From Bacillaceae bacterium (GTDB lineage: Bacteria > Bacillota > Bacilli > JACDOE01), in NCBI GenBank assembly GCA_017656255.1, contig JACDOE010000010.1:36400-100399 (forward strand): 64,000 nucleotides of DNA, given 5' to 3'. The notes beneath the pieces are model-generated. The model searched no databases. It worked only from the letters and a program-made list of their open reading frames with translations, and was not told the DNA's origin. How positions within the stretch are numbered: the first letter of the stretch is position 1; each line of letters begins with the position of its first letter. This document shows, in pieces, positions 28,677 to 39,235 of the stretch. The position numbers and the translations under genes were made by a program.

Positions 28677-29395
28677 TGTCTTGCACCCCCGTAATACAGA
28701 AACGCTTCTTCGAGCGTGGCGGAAGAAGAGGCTTCCTTCAGTTGATCCGGTGCTCCCATAGCAATCAGCCGTCCATCCCTTAACATACCGAGGGAATCGC
28801 ATTTTTCGGCTTCATCCATCACATGCGTGGTGACGACGATGGTGGTCCCTCTCTGACTCCACTGGTGAAGTTCTTCCCACACGGCCTGACGAAGGACGGG
28901 ATCGATTCCCACTGTCGGTTCGTCGAGAATCAGGATATCCGGTTCGTGGAGCAGGACGGCTGCCAGGGAAAGCCGTCGTTTCATACCGCCGGAAAACTGG
29001 TTGACGATTTTCTTCCGGTCCTCCGTCAAATTGACCAGTTCCAGCACTTTTTCGATCCGTTCTTGACGCTTTTTTTTGGGAAGGCCATAGACCGATGCAA
29101 AAAAGTCCAGATTCTCATAGGCGCTTAACTCGCCGTACAGGGCATCAGATTGCGCCATGAAGCCGATCCTGCCCATGGTGTTCAGATCAGGCATCACCGT
29201 ACCCAGAACGGTAATCCTTCCGGTTGAGGGCGATTCGATGCCGGCCATCATCTTGACCAGTGTTGTCTTGCCGGCACCGGAAGGGCCCAGCAGGCCGAAA
29301 ATTTCAGATCCCTTGACTGTTAGAGAGACGTCTTTTAAAACTTCTTTTTTTCCAAAGGACTTACTCACGTGATCGACCTTTATGTGAGGTTGCAA
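28673..29395 (-). CDS. ABC transporter ATP-binding protein
   Basis: Walker A GPSGAGKTT, signature LSGGMKRR, Walker B ILILDEP; start set at a TTG with a GGGAGAGGAG RBS because the longer track ORF would overlap the operator palindrome. Confidence 0.8.
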   Translation of the reverse strand: MQPHIKVDHVSKSFGKKEVLKDVSLTVKGSEIFGLLGPSGAGKTTLVKMMAGIESPSTGRITVLGTVMPDLNTMGRIGFMAQSDALYGELSAYENLDFFASVYGLPKKKRQERIEKVLELVNLTEDRKKIVNQFSGGMKRRLSLAAVLLHEPDILILDEPTVGIDPVLRQAVWEELHQWSQRGTTIVVTTHVMDEAEKCDSLGMLRDGRLIAMGAPDQLKEASSSATLEEAFLYYGGARQ

Positions 29396-29428
29396 GTGTA
29401 TCCGACTCCTCTCCCTGATTAAAATAGT

Positions 29429-29492
29429 GTGAGTAATCACTCATTTTTATTTTAAGGGGTAAAAGATTGTTTGTAAAGTGAGTAATCACTCG
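29429..29492. promoter_or_regulatory. Two copies of a palindromic operator-like 14-mer (GTGAGTAATCACTC) upstream of the ABC operon
   Basis: Copies at 29429-29442 and 29479-29492; each an imperfect palindrome GAGT-N4-ACTC; candidate binding sites for the TetR regulator at the operon end. Confidence 0.4.
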
Positions 29493-29531
29493 CTTTTTTC
29501 AAAAAATGGGAGCTTTCCGATCTCCGGCAAA

Positions 29532-30065
29532 CTAATTTTCCAACAACTCAACCAGCGAAAACGATTGTTCAATTTTTTCCCCGTTTTCAACCCAGCTTAC
29601 ATCAATGTATTCATCTTTAAAAATATGTTTTAAATCCGCCACATCAAGCCCCTGATAGTCAAAAACCAGATCCCGACTCGCAACCAGATTTGTCCCTTCG
29701 CTGCCGATATCTCTGGAATAGGAGGATATAGACCGCATCCGGTCATAACCGTCGATGCTCGGTACCAGTTCCGGAATTAAAACCTCAACATCCCGAACAT
29801 CACCGGGATGTTCGATCGTGACCGTCACCCTTAACAGTCTGACATCTTCACGTTGCAAATCATCTCTCGGTCGAAACGCATTGTTAATTGCATTAAATTC
29901 CGCTTTCGTTACGGTGGTTAATTGAACGTCCGGAACCACACTGAATCCGGAATGGCAGGATGTGAGACTCAGCAATAGCATGAGCATGATCAATCCGGTG
30001 ACCCATGTATCAACCCATTTACTAAACCACTTCATCGTATTCTTTCCCTCCCGAAAATGACTCAC
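29532..30065 (-). CDS. Putative lipoprotein
   Basis: Signal peptide ending in lipobox-like LTSC; start probably the internal Met (MKWFSKW). Confidence 0.4.
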   Translation of the reverse strand: MSHFREGKNTMKWFSKWVDTWVTGLIMLMLLLSLTSCHSGFSVVPDVQLTTVTKAEFNAINNAFRPRDDLQREDVRLLRVTVTIEHPGDVRDVEVLIPELVPSIDGYDRMRSISSYSRDIGSEGTNLVASRDLVFDYQGLDVADLKHIFKDEYIDVSWVENGEKIEQSFSLVELLEN

Positions 30066-30276
30066 TTACCAAAATCACGAAACCCTTCCCGTCCATTTTG
30101 TCAAACCATTACCGTTCAATTATTTCCCTGTATTTTTCATTATATATTCAGATTTACTCAATAGCCATAAAAAGTGAAAACACGGCTGTTATAAAAACTT
30201 AAAACCTGCCAATCAATCTGATTGCGATTAAGAGGATTTTGCGACAAAAAATAGAAAGTAGTAAAAAAGAACGATT

Positions 30277-32463
30277 TTGGTCGAAAGGATTGGAACAATG
30301 TCGGAAAACACGAACGAAGCTATCTTTTCTCTCGATATCGGAACCAGAAGTGTTGTCGGATTGATTCTGGAACCGGAGGACAACGGAAAAATGAAAGTGG
30401 CCGGATGTGAAGTGGTCGAACATGAGGACCGCTCCATGCTGGATGGACAGATTCACGACGTCGTCGCCGTATCTAAAGTCATTCGGCAGGTCAAGGAAAA
30501 ACTGGAGAAAAACCACGGCCCTCTTCACAAAGTAGCGGTGGCGGCAGCCGGGCGCTCCCTGAAAACCATCCGGGCCTCGGTGGAAAAAGAAATTAACGGC
30601 ATGCCGATACTAACCCGGGATGACATCCTTGCCCTGGAACTATCGGCGGTCCAGGATGCTCAGAAACAGCTGGCTGCAGAACAGGATACCCACGACCAGC
30701 ACGAATACTACTGCGTCGGCTACAGTGTGGTTCATTACTATCTGGATCATGAGGTTATCGGGAACTTAATCGATCAACGCGGCGAAACGGCAAGCGTCGA
30801 AGTCATCGCTACCTTTTTGCCCCGGGTGGTGGTCGATTCTTTGCTCGCTGCCCTGAAACGGGCCGATCTGGAAATGAACGCTCTGACTCTGGAACCGATC
30901 GCGGCCATCAATGTCCTCATCCCCTCCACCATGCGTAAATTAAATATTGCGCTGGTGGACATCGGGGCCGGCACCTCCGACATTGCCATCGCGGAACACG
31001 GCACGATTACCGCCTATGGCATGGTTCCCAGTGCCGGCGATGAAATTACAGAGGCACTCAGTGAAGCGCTGCTGCTCGACTTCACGATGGCGGAACAGCT
31101 GAAGCGGAACCTGAATGATCCGAAGCAGGAAGAATATAAAGTCACCGACATCCTCGGCTTCGAACAAACGATGAGCAAGACGGACATTCTGGATCAAATC
31201 GACGAACCGATCGACCGTCTGGCCCAATTAATCAGTGATAAAATCCTGGAATTGAACGGCAGGGCGCCCCAGGCCGTCATGTTGATCGGAGGCGGAAGCC
31301 AGATTCCCCGGCTGACAGATAAAATCGCGAAAAAAACGGGACTCTCACCGAACCGGGTGGCGGTGCGCGGTGCCGATGCCCTGCAGAATACCATTCACAA
31401 ACACCGGAAAATCAAAGGGCCTGAATTTGTCACACCGGTTGGTATCGCCGTGGCAGCGACGCTTCATCCGGTCAAATATTTGACAGTCACGGTCAATGAC
31501 AATATTCTGCGTATTTTTGACCTGAAAGAACTGACCATCGGCGATGCCCTGCTGCATGAAGGCATTGATATCAAAAAACTGCACGGACGTCCGGGATTGG
31601 CTGTAACAATCCAGGTCAACGGCAAACTTAAATTTATTCCCGGCGGGCACGGTACGCCCCCGTCCATTCTTTTGAACGGTGAACCTGCCCATCTGGATAC
31701 GCCCATTTCCGAAGGGGACAGTATCACGGTCATCAAGGGCGAAGATGGTGCGGACGCCAGCGCCAGCGTCAAGGATGTGATCGATGAATTGACGACACTC
31801 GATATCACCATCGACGGCCGTCCCTATTCCCTGGCACCTCTCATTCGGGTCAACGGGGAACCGGCCACACTGGAAACTTCACTGACAGACCGGGACGAAC
31901 TGGATATCCACCTCCCTTCCACGCTGGAAGAAGTAGTGGATGAATCGGAGCTTCTGAGCTGGGATGATATTATTGCCAGCTACACGTACCGTTTAAACGG
32001 ATCAGAAAAACAGTTGAAATGGCAAAAGGCCACGATCTATGTGAACGGAAGAAAAGCCGGACGCAAAACACCGGTCAAAACCGGTGACCGGATTACGATT
32101 GAACCGCAACCATCTGGTCAGCCGTTATTGAAAGATGTGATCCCGGCGGACCAACTTTCCGGGATGATGACACCGGTCACTTTTAACGGTGAAAAGGTGA
32201 ACATCCACGACCTGCAGTACAGCATCATCATGAACGGTGAGAAGGTCTCTCCTGATGAGCCGCTGGTTGACGGGGCGACGATCCGGATTGAACGTCATGA
32301 AGACCAGGGGCTCATTTTCAGCGATGTTTTCCGTTACGTTGAAGTGGATACCGGGCAACCGCCCGGCAAAAAAAAGCTGGTGATTCTCGTCAACGGGGAA
32401 CCCGCTGATTTAAACACCCCGATCAAGGCCGGCGATCATCTGGAAATGAGATGGGAAGCCTGA
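30277..32463 (+). CDS. Actin-like ATPase domain protein (FtsA/PilM/EutJ-like) with C-terminal ThiS/MoaD-like repeats
   Basis: N-terminal SLDIGTRSVVGLI and VAVAAAGRSLKT phosphate-loop-like motifs; at least five C-terminal repeats of VNGE-x(n)-GD-x-I type. Confidence 0.45.
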   Translation: MVERIGTMSENTNEAIFSLDIGTRSVVGLILEPEDNGKMKVAGCEVVEHEDRSMLDGQIHDVVAVSKVIRQVKEKLEKNHGPLHKVAVAAAGRSLKTIRASVEKEINGMPILTRDDILALELSAVQDAQKQLAAEQDTHDQHEYYCVGYSVVHYYLDHEVIGNLIDQRGETASVEVIATFLPRVVVDSLLAALKRADLEMNALTLEPIAAINVLIPSTMRKLNIALVDIGAGTSDIAIAEHGTITAYGMVPSAGDEITEALSEALLLDFTMAEQLKRNLNDPKQEEYKVTDILGFEQTMSKTDILDQIDEPIDRLAQLISDKILELNGRAPQAVMLIGGGSQIPRLTDKIAKKTGLSPNRVAVRGADALQNTIHKHRKIKGPEFVTPVGIAVAATLHPVKYLTVTVNDNILRIFDLKELTIGDALLHEGIDIKKLHGRPGLAVTIQVNGKLKFIPGGHGTPPSILLNGEPAHLDTPISEGDSITVIKGEDGADASASVKDVIDELTTLDITIDGRPYSLAPLIRVNGEPATLETSLTDRDELDIHLPSTLEEVVDESELLSWDDIIASYTYRLNGSEKQLKWQKATIYVNGRKAGRKTPVKTGDRITIEPQPSGQPLLKDVIPADQLSGMMTPVTFNGEKVNIHDLQYSIIMNGEKVSPDEPLVDGATIRIERHEDQGLIFSDVFRYVEVDTGQPPGKKKLVILVNGEPADLNTPIKAGDHLEMRWEA

Positions 32464-32556
32464 ACCGGATAATATGATGACCCCAAATCGCATACAAATG
32501 AAAAAACATCCCGATCCACCTGTATGGAACGGGGTGTTTTGTTTGTCGGCTACTAT

Positions 32557-32748
32557 TTAATAACACTCAGGATAATAACGGTACAACCACCCAAGTCCCA
32601 AAAACAAGATCGAGACGACACCCAGCGTCAACATACGTTCTGATAGTGAACCGTCAGCCATCAGAACCGGCCCCAGCCCGAAGAAGGCAACCAGTAACAG
32701 GCAAAATATAAAAATGAGGTGTACGAATAACCTTTTCACTTGTATCAC
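32557..32748 (-). CDS. Small hydrophobic protein (hypothetical)
   Basis: 63-aa ORF with two hydrophobic stretches; no other support. Confidence 0.25.
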   Translation of the reverse strand: MIQVKRLFVHLIFIFCLLLVAFFGLGPVLMADGSLSERMLTLGVVSILFLGLGWLYRYYPECY

Positions 32749-32813
32749 GCTCCTGTTCTCTCATTTTATCGCAGATACAGAAGAACAGGTACAGGAAACA
32801 GATGGACCGTATG

Positions 32814-33242
32814 TCAGATTTCGATATCTTCCGGTGGCCGGTCAGACAGATACAACAAATGGCTTACACACCGGCAATCTGAAGAGCCAAATCCCCTTGC
32901 CGGCATACTCGCCCTATTTTCGTTCTTCACATGTTCACACAGGCTGCATTCTGTCCACACGTCTCCGGAAAACGTCTCCACCCGGACAATGTCCGCATGC
33001 GGTCGCAGATAATCCATGTGCCATCGCTTCTTTTTCTCTCTCTTTAGATGGCGTTCAATTCTCGCTTTAATATGCTTACGGGCACTTCCGATATAAGCAT
33101 AGAATCCGGGCGGAAAATGAAAGCTTCCCAGTTTGCCGATTTGTAGCGTTTGATCCTGTGCCACATAAAGATGCAGGACATACAACTGATGTTCCGTGTT
33201 AATATCCATTCCAGAACGTACTCCTTTATACCTTCCGTTCAT
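32814..33242 (-). CDS. GIY-YIG domain protein (DUF123-like)
   Basis: GFYAYIGSA matches the GIY-YIG core; size typical of stand-alone GIY-YIG proteins. Confidence 0.5.
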   Translation of the reverse strand: MNGRYKGVRSGMDINTEHQLYVLHLYVAQDQTLQIGKLGSFHFPPGFYAYIGSARKHIKARIERHLKREKKKRWHMDYLRPHADIVRVETFSGDVWTECSLCEHVKNENRASMPARGFGSSDCRCVSHLLYLSDRPPEDIEI

Positions 33243-33504
33243 ATTATATTAACATTGAGATCTTGAGTTGAACACCATCGCTATTATGGCATCCTTTTAA
33301 TAGGTATGAATCAAAATAAAAAAATCGTATTAAAAGACAATGTTTCAGGTGTCATCCTTTTTTTATTATAAAGAAGTTTCCCTGGTTGCGACCTGATCAT
33401 CCATATTAAAATGAACCCGAGCGAAAACAAAAAAAGACCCTGTTATTTTCCGGGAAATAATAAGGGTCTTCGATTCAATCTCGCCGTAACTTCAACGTAT
33501 GTAC

Positions 33505-34425
33505 TTATCCTCTCGGCCCCGCCTGTTCTTCCCTGTTTTTCACCATGTTCATCCAGCGGTTATTGACACATTTTTTCTTGAATAGATTCCATTTATGGCG
33601 AATTTGATATCGCTGATTGATGCGTGTTGCAACACCCTGTTCCGGAAGTGGATACGGATCTTCAATCCCGGTCACAAATAGACTCACTTTAAAGCGTTGG
33701 CCGGGTTCATCCATCGAATAGGTGCCCATCTTCAGAATGTCCGCTTTGTGAAACAGGTCATTAAGACGGAGCGTCATGTGGCGAAAGGTATTCATGTCCA
33801 CCTCACGCGCATACCCGATATTGACGATCATATTGCGCCCTTCCGCATAATCCGGGGCCAGGTAAGGTGCCGATATGGCATACTTTAAAGGTTCATTGAA
33901 AGAGTCGCCTTCGATCGTCCGGATAAAAACCGGACCGTCATCTCCTTTCAACAGCGTTTTGATATCATGGACATCGATATTGATTTCACCGGATAAACGA
34001 ACCATCTCCTCTACAATTCGCACCGGGGCTTCTTCAAGGGATTCAATGGTCTCCTGGGCCTGCTTGTACGGCACCTCCGGGTCCATCAATTCCATCATCC
34101 CGTCACTGTCAAAATAAGTGACCGCGTCGCAGATTCCCTTCATCTGGTGGTACTGCATCACAGCCGTTTCAAGTCGCTTTTTTCCTTCAAACTTGAACGG
34201 AAACCGAAAGATGCCGATCAAAAAACCCTGCGTCTCTTTCAAACGGTACAAACTTTCCACCATCTCCTCCGTTTCACCCGGATTGCCGCCACGAAACCGG
34301 AAAAAACAGATGTCATCCGGTTCTATCTGAGAGACCTGCGACATATCCTTGTTACCCACAGACTGTTTAAAAATAAAGATGCTGACCTCTTGACCCATAG
34401 CCTGTCCCCCTTGCTTTTTATTCAT
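33505..34425 (-). CDS. Divergent FtsZ/tubulin-like protein with degenerate GTP-binding loop
   Basis: FPFKFEGKKR aligns with FtsZ RPFTFEGRKR; NIDVHDIKT matches the T7 loop NxDFxDxxT; the position of the GGGTGTG loop is GGNPGETE. Confidence 0.45.
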   Translation of the reverse strand: MNKKQGGQAMGQEVSIFIFKQSVGNKDMSQVSQIEPDDICFFRFRGGNPGETEEMVESLYRLKETQGFLIGIFRFPFKFEGKKRLETAVMQYHQMKGICDAVTYFDSDGMMELMDPEVPYKQAQETIESLEEAPVRIVEEMVRLSGEINIDVHDIKTLLKGDDGPVFIRTIEGDSFNEPLKYAISAPYLAPDYAEGRNMIVNIGYAREVDMNTFRHMTLRLNDLFHKADILKMGTYSMDEPGQRFKVSLFVTGIEDPYPLPEQGVATRINQRYQIRHKWNLFKKKCVNNRWMNMVKNREEQAGPRG

Positions 34426-34565
34426 TATATACGGAACAGGACGTAAAGAATGTCATCCCGGGTCGATGGCGGGGTTCTAGTTTTGCAGAATTTTGATGAA
34501 ACTGATTGTAATTCCTGATATACTCTAGTAACGAATAGATAATGACATAAATTGGAGGCATTGAC

Positions 34566-35798
34566 ATGGATCAATTTGCTGAAAAACTTGAAAAATACGC
34601 TGAACTGGCTGTCAAAAAAGGGGTAAACATCCAGAAGGATCAAACCCTGGTGATCCACGCCCCGATTACAGCCGCCGATTTTGTGCGAAGAACCGCCAGA
34701 ATTGCCTATCAAAGCGGAGCACGGCATGTTCATGTCGACTGGCAGGATGAACAATTGTCACTCACCCGCTTTATGTATGCTCCGGACGAATCATTTGATG
34801 AATATCCGATGTGGAAAGCCAGAGGTCTGGAAGAAATGGCGGAAAACGGCGCCGCTTTCCTGGCAATTTATGCGCCAAATCCCGATCTGTTGAAAGATGC
34901 AGATCCGGATCGCGTGGCCCGCGCCAATCGCGCCAGTGCGCAGGCCCTTGAAAAATATGCCGACTACCGGAAAAAAGATGAGGTGAGTTGGTCGATTATT
35001 TCAGTTCCCACGCCGGAATGGGCCACCCGGGTTTTCCCCGATGCCACGGAGGAAGAAGCGATGAATCGGTTGTGGGAGCGCATTTTTAAAGCGACCCGCA
35101 TCGAGGAGGCGGATCCGGTGCAGGCGTGGGATGAACACAGCCGCACGCTGCATGAAAAAGTGAATTATCTCAACCAGAAAAAATATAAAAAGCTTCACTA
35201 CCGGGCACCCGGCACTGACCTGACTGTGGAACTTCCGGATGGGCACATCTGGGTAGGCGGCGGCTCGACCAATAAAAACGGCGTTCCCTTTATCGCCAAC
35301 ATTCCGACAGAAGAAGTGTTCACCCTTCCCAAAAAGGACGGGGTAAACGGAACCGTATCCAGCACCAAACCGCTCAACTACAGCGGAAACCTCATCGACA
35401 ACTTCACCCTGACGTTTAAAGACGGAAAAATTGTTGATTTTAAGGCTGAAAAAGGGGAAGAAACGCTGAAACGCCTGATTGAGACGGACGAAGGATCTCA
35501 TTACCTTGGAGAACTGGCGCTTGTTCCGGATGACTCACCCATATCCAACCAGAACACCATTTTCTACAACACCCTGTTCGATGAGAACGCTTCCTGCCAT
35601 CTGGCAATCGGCGCGGCCTATCCCCTGTGTCTGGAGGGAGGCACCAAAATGAACAAAGAAGAGCTTGAAAAGAACGGAGCCAATACCAGCCTGACTCACG
35701 TCGATTTTATGATCGGTTCCAGCAAGCTGGACATCGACGGCATAACCGAAGACGGAAAAACAGAACCGGTGTTTCGCGGAGGTAACTGGGCATTTTAA
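34566..35798 (+). CDS. M29-family aminopeptidase (AmpS-like)
   Basis: 410 aa; N-terminal region and overall length match thermophilic aminopeptidase AmpS/PepS family. Confidence 0.75.
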   Translation: MDQFAEKLEKYAELAVKKGVNIQKDQTLVIHAPITAADFVRRTARIAYQSGARHVHVDWQDEQLSLTRFMYAPDESFDEYPMWKARGLEEMAENGAAFLAIYAPNPDLLKDADPDRVARANRASAQALEKYADYRKKDEVSWSIISVPTPEWATRVFPDATEEEAMNRLWERIFKATRIEEADPVQAWDEHSRTLHEKVNYLNQKKYKKLHYRAPGTDLTVELPDGHIWVGGGSTNKNGVPFIANIPTEEVFTLPKKDGVNGTVSSTKPLNYSGNLIDNFTLTFKDGKIVDFKAEKGEETLKRLIETDEGSHYLGELALVPDDSPISNQNTIFYNTLFDENASCHLAIGAAYPLCLEGGTKMNKEELEKNGANTSLTHVDFMIGSSKLDIDGITEDGKTEPVFRGGNWAF

Positions 35799-35924
35799 AC
35801 TCTCTTTACGGTCCTCCCTGTCAATAAGCCGCCTTGATCAGGCGGCTTTTTCTATCAGAGCGAATCTTACATTAAAATACCCGGCATCACTGAAACGTGC
35901 CGGGTATGTATCGATTCCACATGA

Positions 35925-36815
35925 TCAGCTGACCGCATCGGTAATCATCTTGTGGTGAAACACCTGCTTCAATGCCGCCATCTCTTCGTCCGTCAGAGGG
36001 ACCAGGGGCAGACGAACCGATCCAACCTGAACCCCTGTCAACTCCAGCGCCGCCTTGACCGGAGTCGGACTCGGCGCGGCAAACAGAGCTTTCATCATGG
36101 GGAGCAGTTCCCGATGCAGACGGGCTGCCTCCTGTACCTCACCGTTAAAATAGGCTGATACCATTTGTTTCATTTCGTTACCAATCACGTGAGACGCCAC
36201 GGATACCACACCCCGACCCCCGATGGACAGGACGGGAAGTGTCATGGAATCGTCTCCGCTGTACAGGCTGAAATCAGCATCGGTTTGTTGAATGATCTCT
36301 GCCATCGCGTCCAAATTGCCACTCGCTTCTTTAACCGCAACGATATTTTCAATCCGGGACAGCCGCACGATGGTCTCGACAGAGATGTTGACGACACTTC
36401 TGCCCGGGATATTGTAGAGCATCACCGGAAGTGTTGTTGATTCTGCAATCGCCTTGAAGTGCTGATACAACCCTTCCTGTGACGGTTTGTTGTAATAGGG
36501 AGCCACCAGCATAATCCCATCAACGCCGCAACGCTCCGCTTCTCTTGTCAATGCAATCGATTCCGCCGTATTGTAAGAACCGGTTCCGGCAATAACCGGG
36601 ACCCGTCCGTCAACAACTTCCACCACATGCCTGAATAACTGGATTTTCTCATCCTTCGAGAGTGTCGGAGATTCCCCCGTTGTACCGGCTACGACAAGTC
36701 CGTCGGACCCATTGCTGATCAAATGGCGGATCAGCTTACTGGTTGCCTCGAAATCCACTTCATTGTTCTGATCAAACGGTGTTACCATTGCCGTCAATAC
36801 CTGACCAAAGTTCAT
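35925..36815 (-). CDS. dapA: 4-hydroxy-tetrahydrodipicolinate synthase
   Basis: 296 aa; TPF, GTTGE and catalytic-Lys region (AVKEASG) conserved. Confidence 0.9.
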   Translation of the reverse strand: MNFGQVLTAMVTPFDQNNEVDFEATSKLIRHLISNGSDGLVVAGTTGESPTLSKDEKIQLFRHVVEVVDGRVPVIAGTGSYNTAESIALTREAERCGVDGIMLVAPYYNKPSQEGLYQHFKAIAESTTLPVMLYNIPGRSVVNISVETIVRLSRIENIVAVKEASGNLDAMAEIIQQTDADFSLYSGDDSMTLPVLSIGGRGVVSVASHVIGNEMKQMVSAYFNGEVQEAARLHRELLPMMKALFAAPSPTPVKAALELTGVQVGSVRLPLVPLTDEEMAALKQVFHHKMITDAVS

Positions 36816-36894
36816 GCATTTTCACCCTCTACTTAGAATTTTAGATTGCCGGGTATCTCCGCCTGACCTGAGACGTTCACACCAAACGCCCTTT

Positions 36895-37140
36895 AAACGC
36901 AAAAAAGCAACAGCGGAGGGTTTCCGTTGTTGCTTTAGAAACAATACCGGATCGTTTCCTTAGCGTGAGATAGCCCTCCATATAGCAACAAGACTATATG
37001 ACAGTTCTGCACTTATTCAGTGCAAAACCAGCTGCAGGAATCATGAGCTTCCCGAAGCTTCGGCAAATCCCCCTTTCCACAACCTTCACCGGAGCTCATT
37101 CTCCTCTGATTGTGTACTGATGGTCTTTGCGCCTCTATCC
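36895..37140 (-). ncRNA. Lysine riboswitch (L-box) with terminator, in the dapA leader
   Basis: Minus strand contains AGAGGCGC, UGCACUGAAUAAGUGCAG and AUGGAGGGCUAUCUC, matching conserved L-box segments of the B. subtilis lysC leader from memory, followed by a hairpin plus U-run (36899-36936). Confidence 0.65.
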
Positions 37141-37237
37141 TCACTCCATATATATTACTGAAGCAGGAAATATTGAATTTTCCTGTACTATATCAAATAA
37201 ATTTTTTTCTTGCAAGGTGTTTGTCACATTTTTTTGT

Positions 37238-37281
37238 ATTTTTATAAAATCAGGCCGTTACTCCGCAAGGAGTAACAGCCT
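37238..37281 (-). terminator. Intrinsic terminator after MCP gene 1
   Basis: Hairpin GGCUGUUACUCC-UUGC-GGAGUAACGGCC followed by a U-rich tract. Confidence 0.6.
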
Positions 37282-37296
37282 TAAATGTAAGATCTG

Positions 37297-39033
37297 TTAC
37301 ATTTTGAATCGGGACAGGGACTGATTCAATTCTTCCGCCATCTGGGCCAGGTTCTCGGCCATGCTGTTGATCTCCTGCATGGACGCGTTCTGCTGTTCCA
37401 TCGAGGCAGACAGTTCTTCCGTTCCCGCGGATGATTCTTCCGTCACGGCAGCGATGTCTTCCACCGCTTTCACACCCTGTTCCACTCTTCCCGTAATCTG
37501 TTCCGTTGCCATCGACACCTGCTGGATCTTGCCGCCCATCTCCTGGATGATTGCCGCAATCTCTTCGAAGGTCTTGCCGTTGGTTTCGATTACTTCCGAA
37601 CCTTCTTTGACCTGATCCACCGCTTCCTGCATCACCGTACCGGCTTCTTCTGCTTCCTTCAGCACCGAATGAACGATATCGGCGATCTCATTGGTAGATT
37701 TACCCGCCTGTTCTGCCAGTTTCCGTACTTCATCAGCCACCACGGCAAACCCTCTTCCCTGTTCACCGGCACGGGCTGCTTCAATCGCTGCATTCAGTGC
37801 CAGCAGGTTGGTCTGCTCGGCTATTTCATTGATCACTTTCAAGATTTCACTGATCTCTTTCGACTTTTCACTCAGCGTAAACACCACATTGGCCGATTGT
37901 GACACTTTCTGTTCGATGATTTGCATCTGTTCGATGGACTGATGGGCACTTTCCGCTCCCTGCCTGGATGCTTCATCTCCCCGGCGGGAACTTTCTTCCA
38001 TCTCCGTGGCACTGGCATTAATCTGTTTGATCTCTTCGTCGATCTGCTGCATGATCTCCAGCGCACTGCCTGCCTGCTCCGCCTGTGTGGTAGCACCTGC
38101 CGCCAGTTCTTCGGTGGTGGCAGATACCTGTTCGATTCCCTGGGTGATCTGGTTGGACGAAGCCGTCAGTTCCTCACTGGAGCCCGTCACCTTCTCAGAA
38201 ATGGTGCTGGCATCCTTGATCAGGGATCTCAGGTTATCCACCATGGCGTTCATGGCCTCGGACAGCTGACCGATCTCATCTTTCGAACGCACTTTCATCT
38301 GCGAAATCGCCAGGTTACCGTCCGCCAGCTGTTTCATTTTCTCCGTAATCTGTACGATCGGCGTACCCATGCGTCCGGCAAACATATAAATCACCACGAT
38401 ACCCACCACCAGTGCAATACCGAGGGTCAGCATCAACACCTGCAGAATACGGGTCGCTCCGCTGTTATAGTCCTCCATGTAAGAACCGGCACTGATCACC
38501 CATCCCCAGTGAGGGTCCAGTTCGCTGTAAGAAATTTTCGGCGCCAGTTTATCGGGGTTATCGGGAAGCGGCCACTCGTAATAGGTGAAACCTCCGCCTT
38601 CCTGAGCCTTTTTAATAAAATCACGAATAAAATAAAAACCGTTTTGTGTCTGGAAATCCCACATGTTTTTCCCTTCTACTGCGGGATGAGCCAGGGTATT
38701 CCCTTTTTGATCCACAACGGTAAAGTACCCGCGGGCCCCCAGATCGATCGTCTTATCGACCGGGCGCTTGCCCTCACTGTTTTTTTCACCGAGAATCTGT
38801 ACTTTGACCCGCTCCTGAGCTTCTTCGAGGGTCAGGGTTCCTTTCTGTACTTCCTCATCCAGCGTGGCAATCATTTTTTTAACCATCCGTACATTATTCT
38901 GGAGTCCCGTCGCTCCGGCATCATTCAGCTCATTCTCGGCGATCTGATAGGCTATCACGCCGATGATGAGACCGGGTATCACCAGTAAAGCAAGGCTGAT
39001 CAAAATAAGTTTCGCTTTAATGTTAAGTTTCAT
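37297..39033 (-). CDS. Methyl-accepting chemotaxis protein 1
   Basis: 578 aa; periplasmic sensor domain, two TM segments, HAMP and conserved MCP signalling domain ([34 protein letters not shown]). Confidence 0.85.
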   Translation of the reverse strand: MKLNIKAKLILISLALLVIPGLIIGVIAYQIAENELNDAGATGLQNNVRMVKKMIATLDEEVQKGTLTLEEAQERVKVQILGEKNSEGKRPVDKTIDLGARGYFTVVDQKGNTLAHPAVEGKNMWDFQTQNGFYFIRDFIKKAQEGGGFTYYEWPLPDNPDKLAPKISYSELDPHWGWVISAGSYMEDYNSGATRILQVLMLTLGIALVVGIVVIYMFAGRMGTPIVQITEKMKQLADGNLAISQMKVRSKDEIGQLSEAMNAMVDNLRSLIKDASTISEKVTGSSEELTASSNQITQGIEQVSATTEELAAGATTQAEQAGSALEIMQQIDEEIKQINASATEMEESSRRGDEASRQGAESAHQSIEQMQIIEQKVSQSANVVFTLSEKSKEISEILKVINEIAEQTNLLALNAAIEAARAGEQGRGFAVVADEVRKLAEQAGKSTNEIADIVHSVLKEAEEAGTVMQEAVDQVKEGSEVIETNGKTFEEIAAIIQEMGGKIQQVSMATEQITGRVEQGVKAVEDIAAVTEESSAGTEELSASMEQQNASMQEINSMAENLAQMAEELNQSLSRFKM

Positions 39034-39074
39034 TGTCCTACTCCCATCCTTTTAATCTGTCTTTGTATATGAAT

Positions 39075-39235
39075 ATAAAAAGACTATTTCAACCATATGA
39101 AATAGCCTCCGTTACCTGTAGATGCACGTTCCCTGAAGCTGGTTCTCTCTTCGGTAACCCGGCATCTGTTCGATCTGATTTCAGACACCTGGGCTTTGCG
39201 CCCCCATCTCTCAATGAGTTTGCCGTTTCGGAGTT
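39075..39235 (-). ncRNA. c-di-GMP-I (GEMM) riboswitch with terminator-like expression platform, leader of MCP gene 1
   Basis: Minus strand ACGGCAAACUCAUUGAGAGAUGGGGGCGCAAAGCC...GCCGGGUUACCGAAG matches the Vc2 c-di-GMP-I aptamer core from memory; followed by hairpin CUAUUUCA-N6-UGAAAUAG plus U-run. Confidence 0.75.

Noticed and set aside
30199-30528. Minus-strand 109-aa ORF spanning the start of the actin-like gene
   Set aside because: Antisense to the start region of a long, domain-supported plus-strand ORF.
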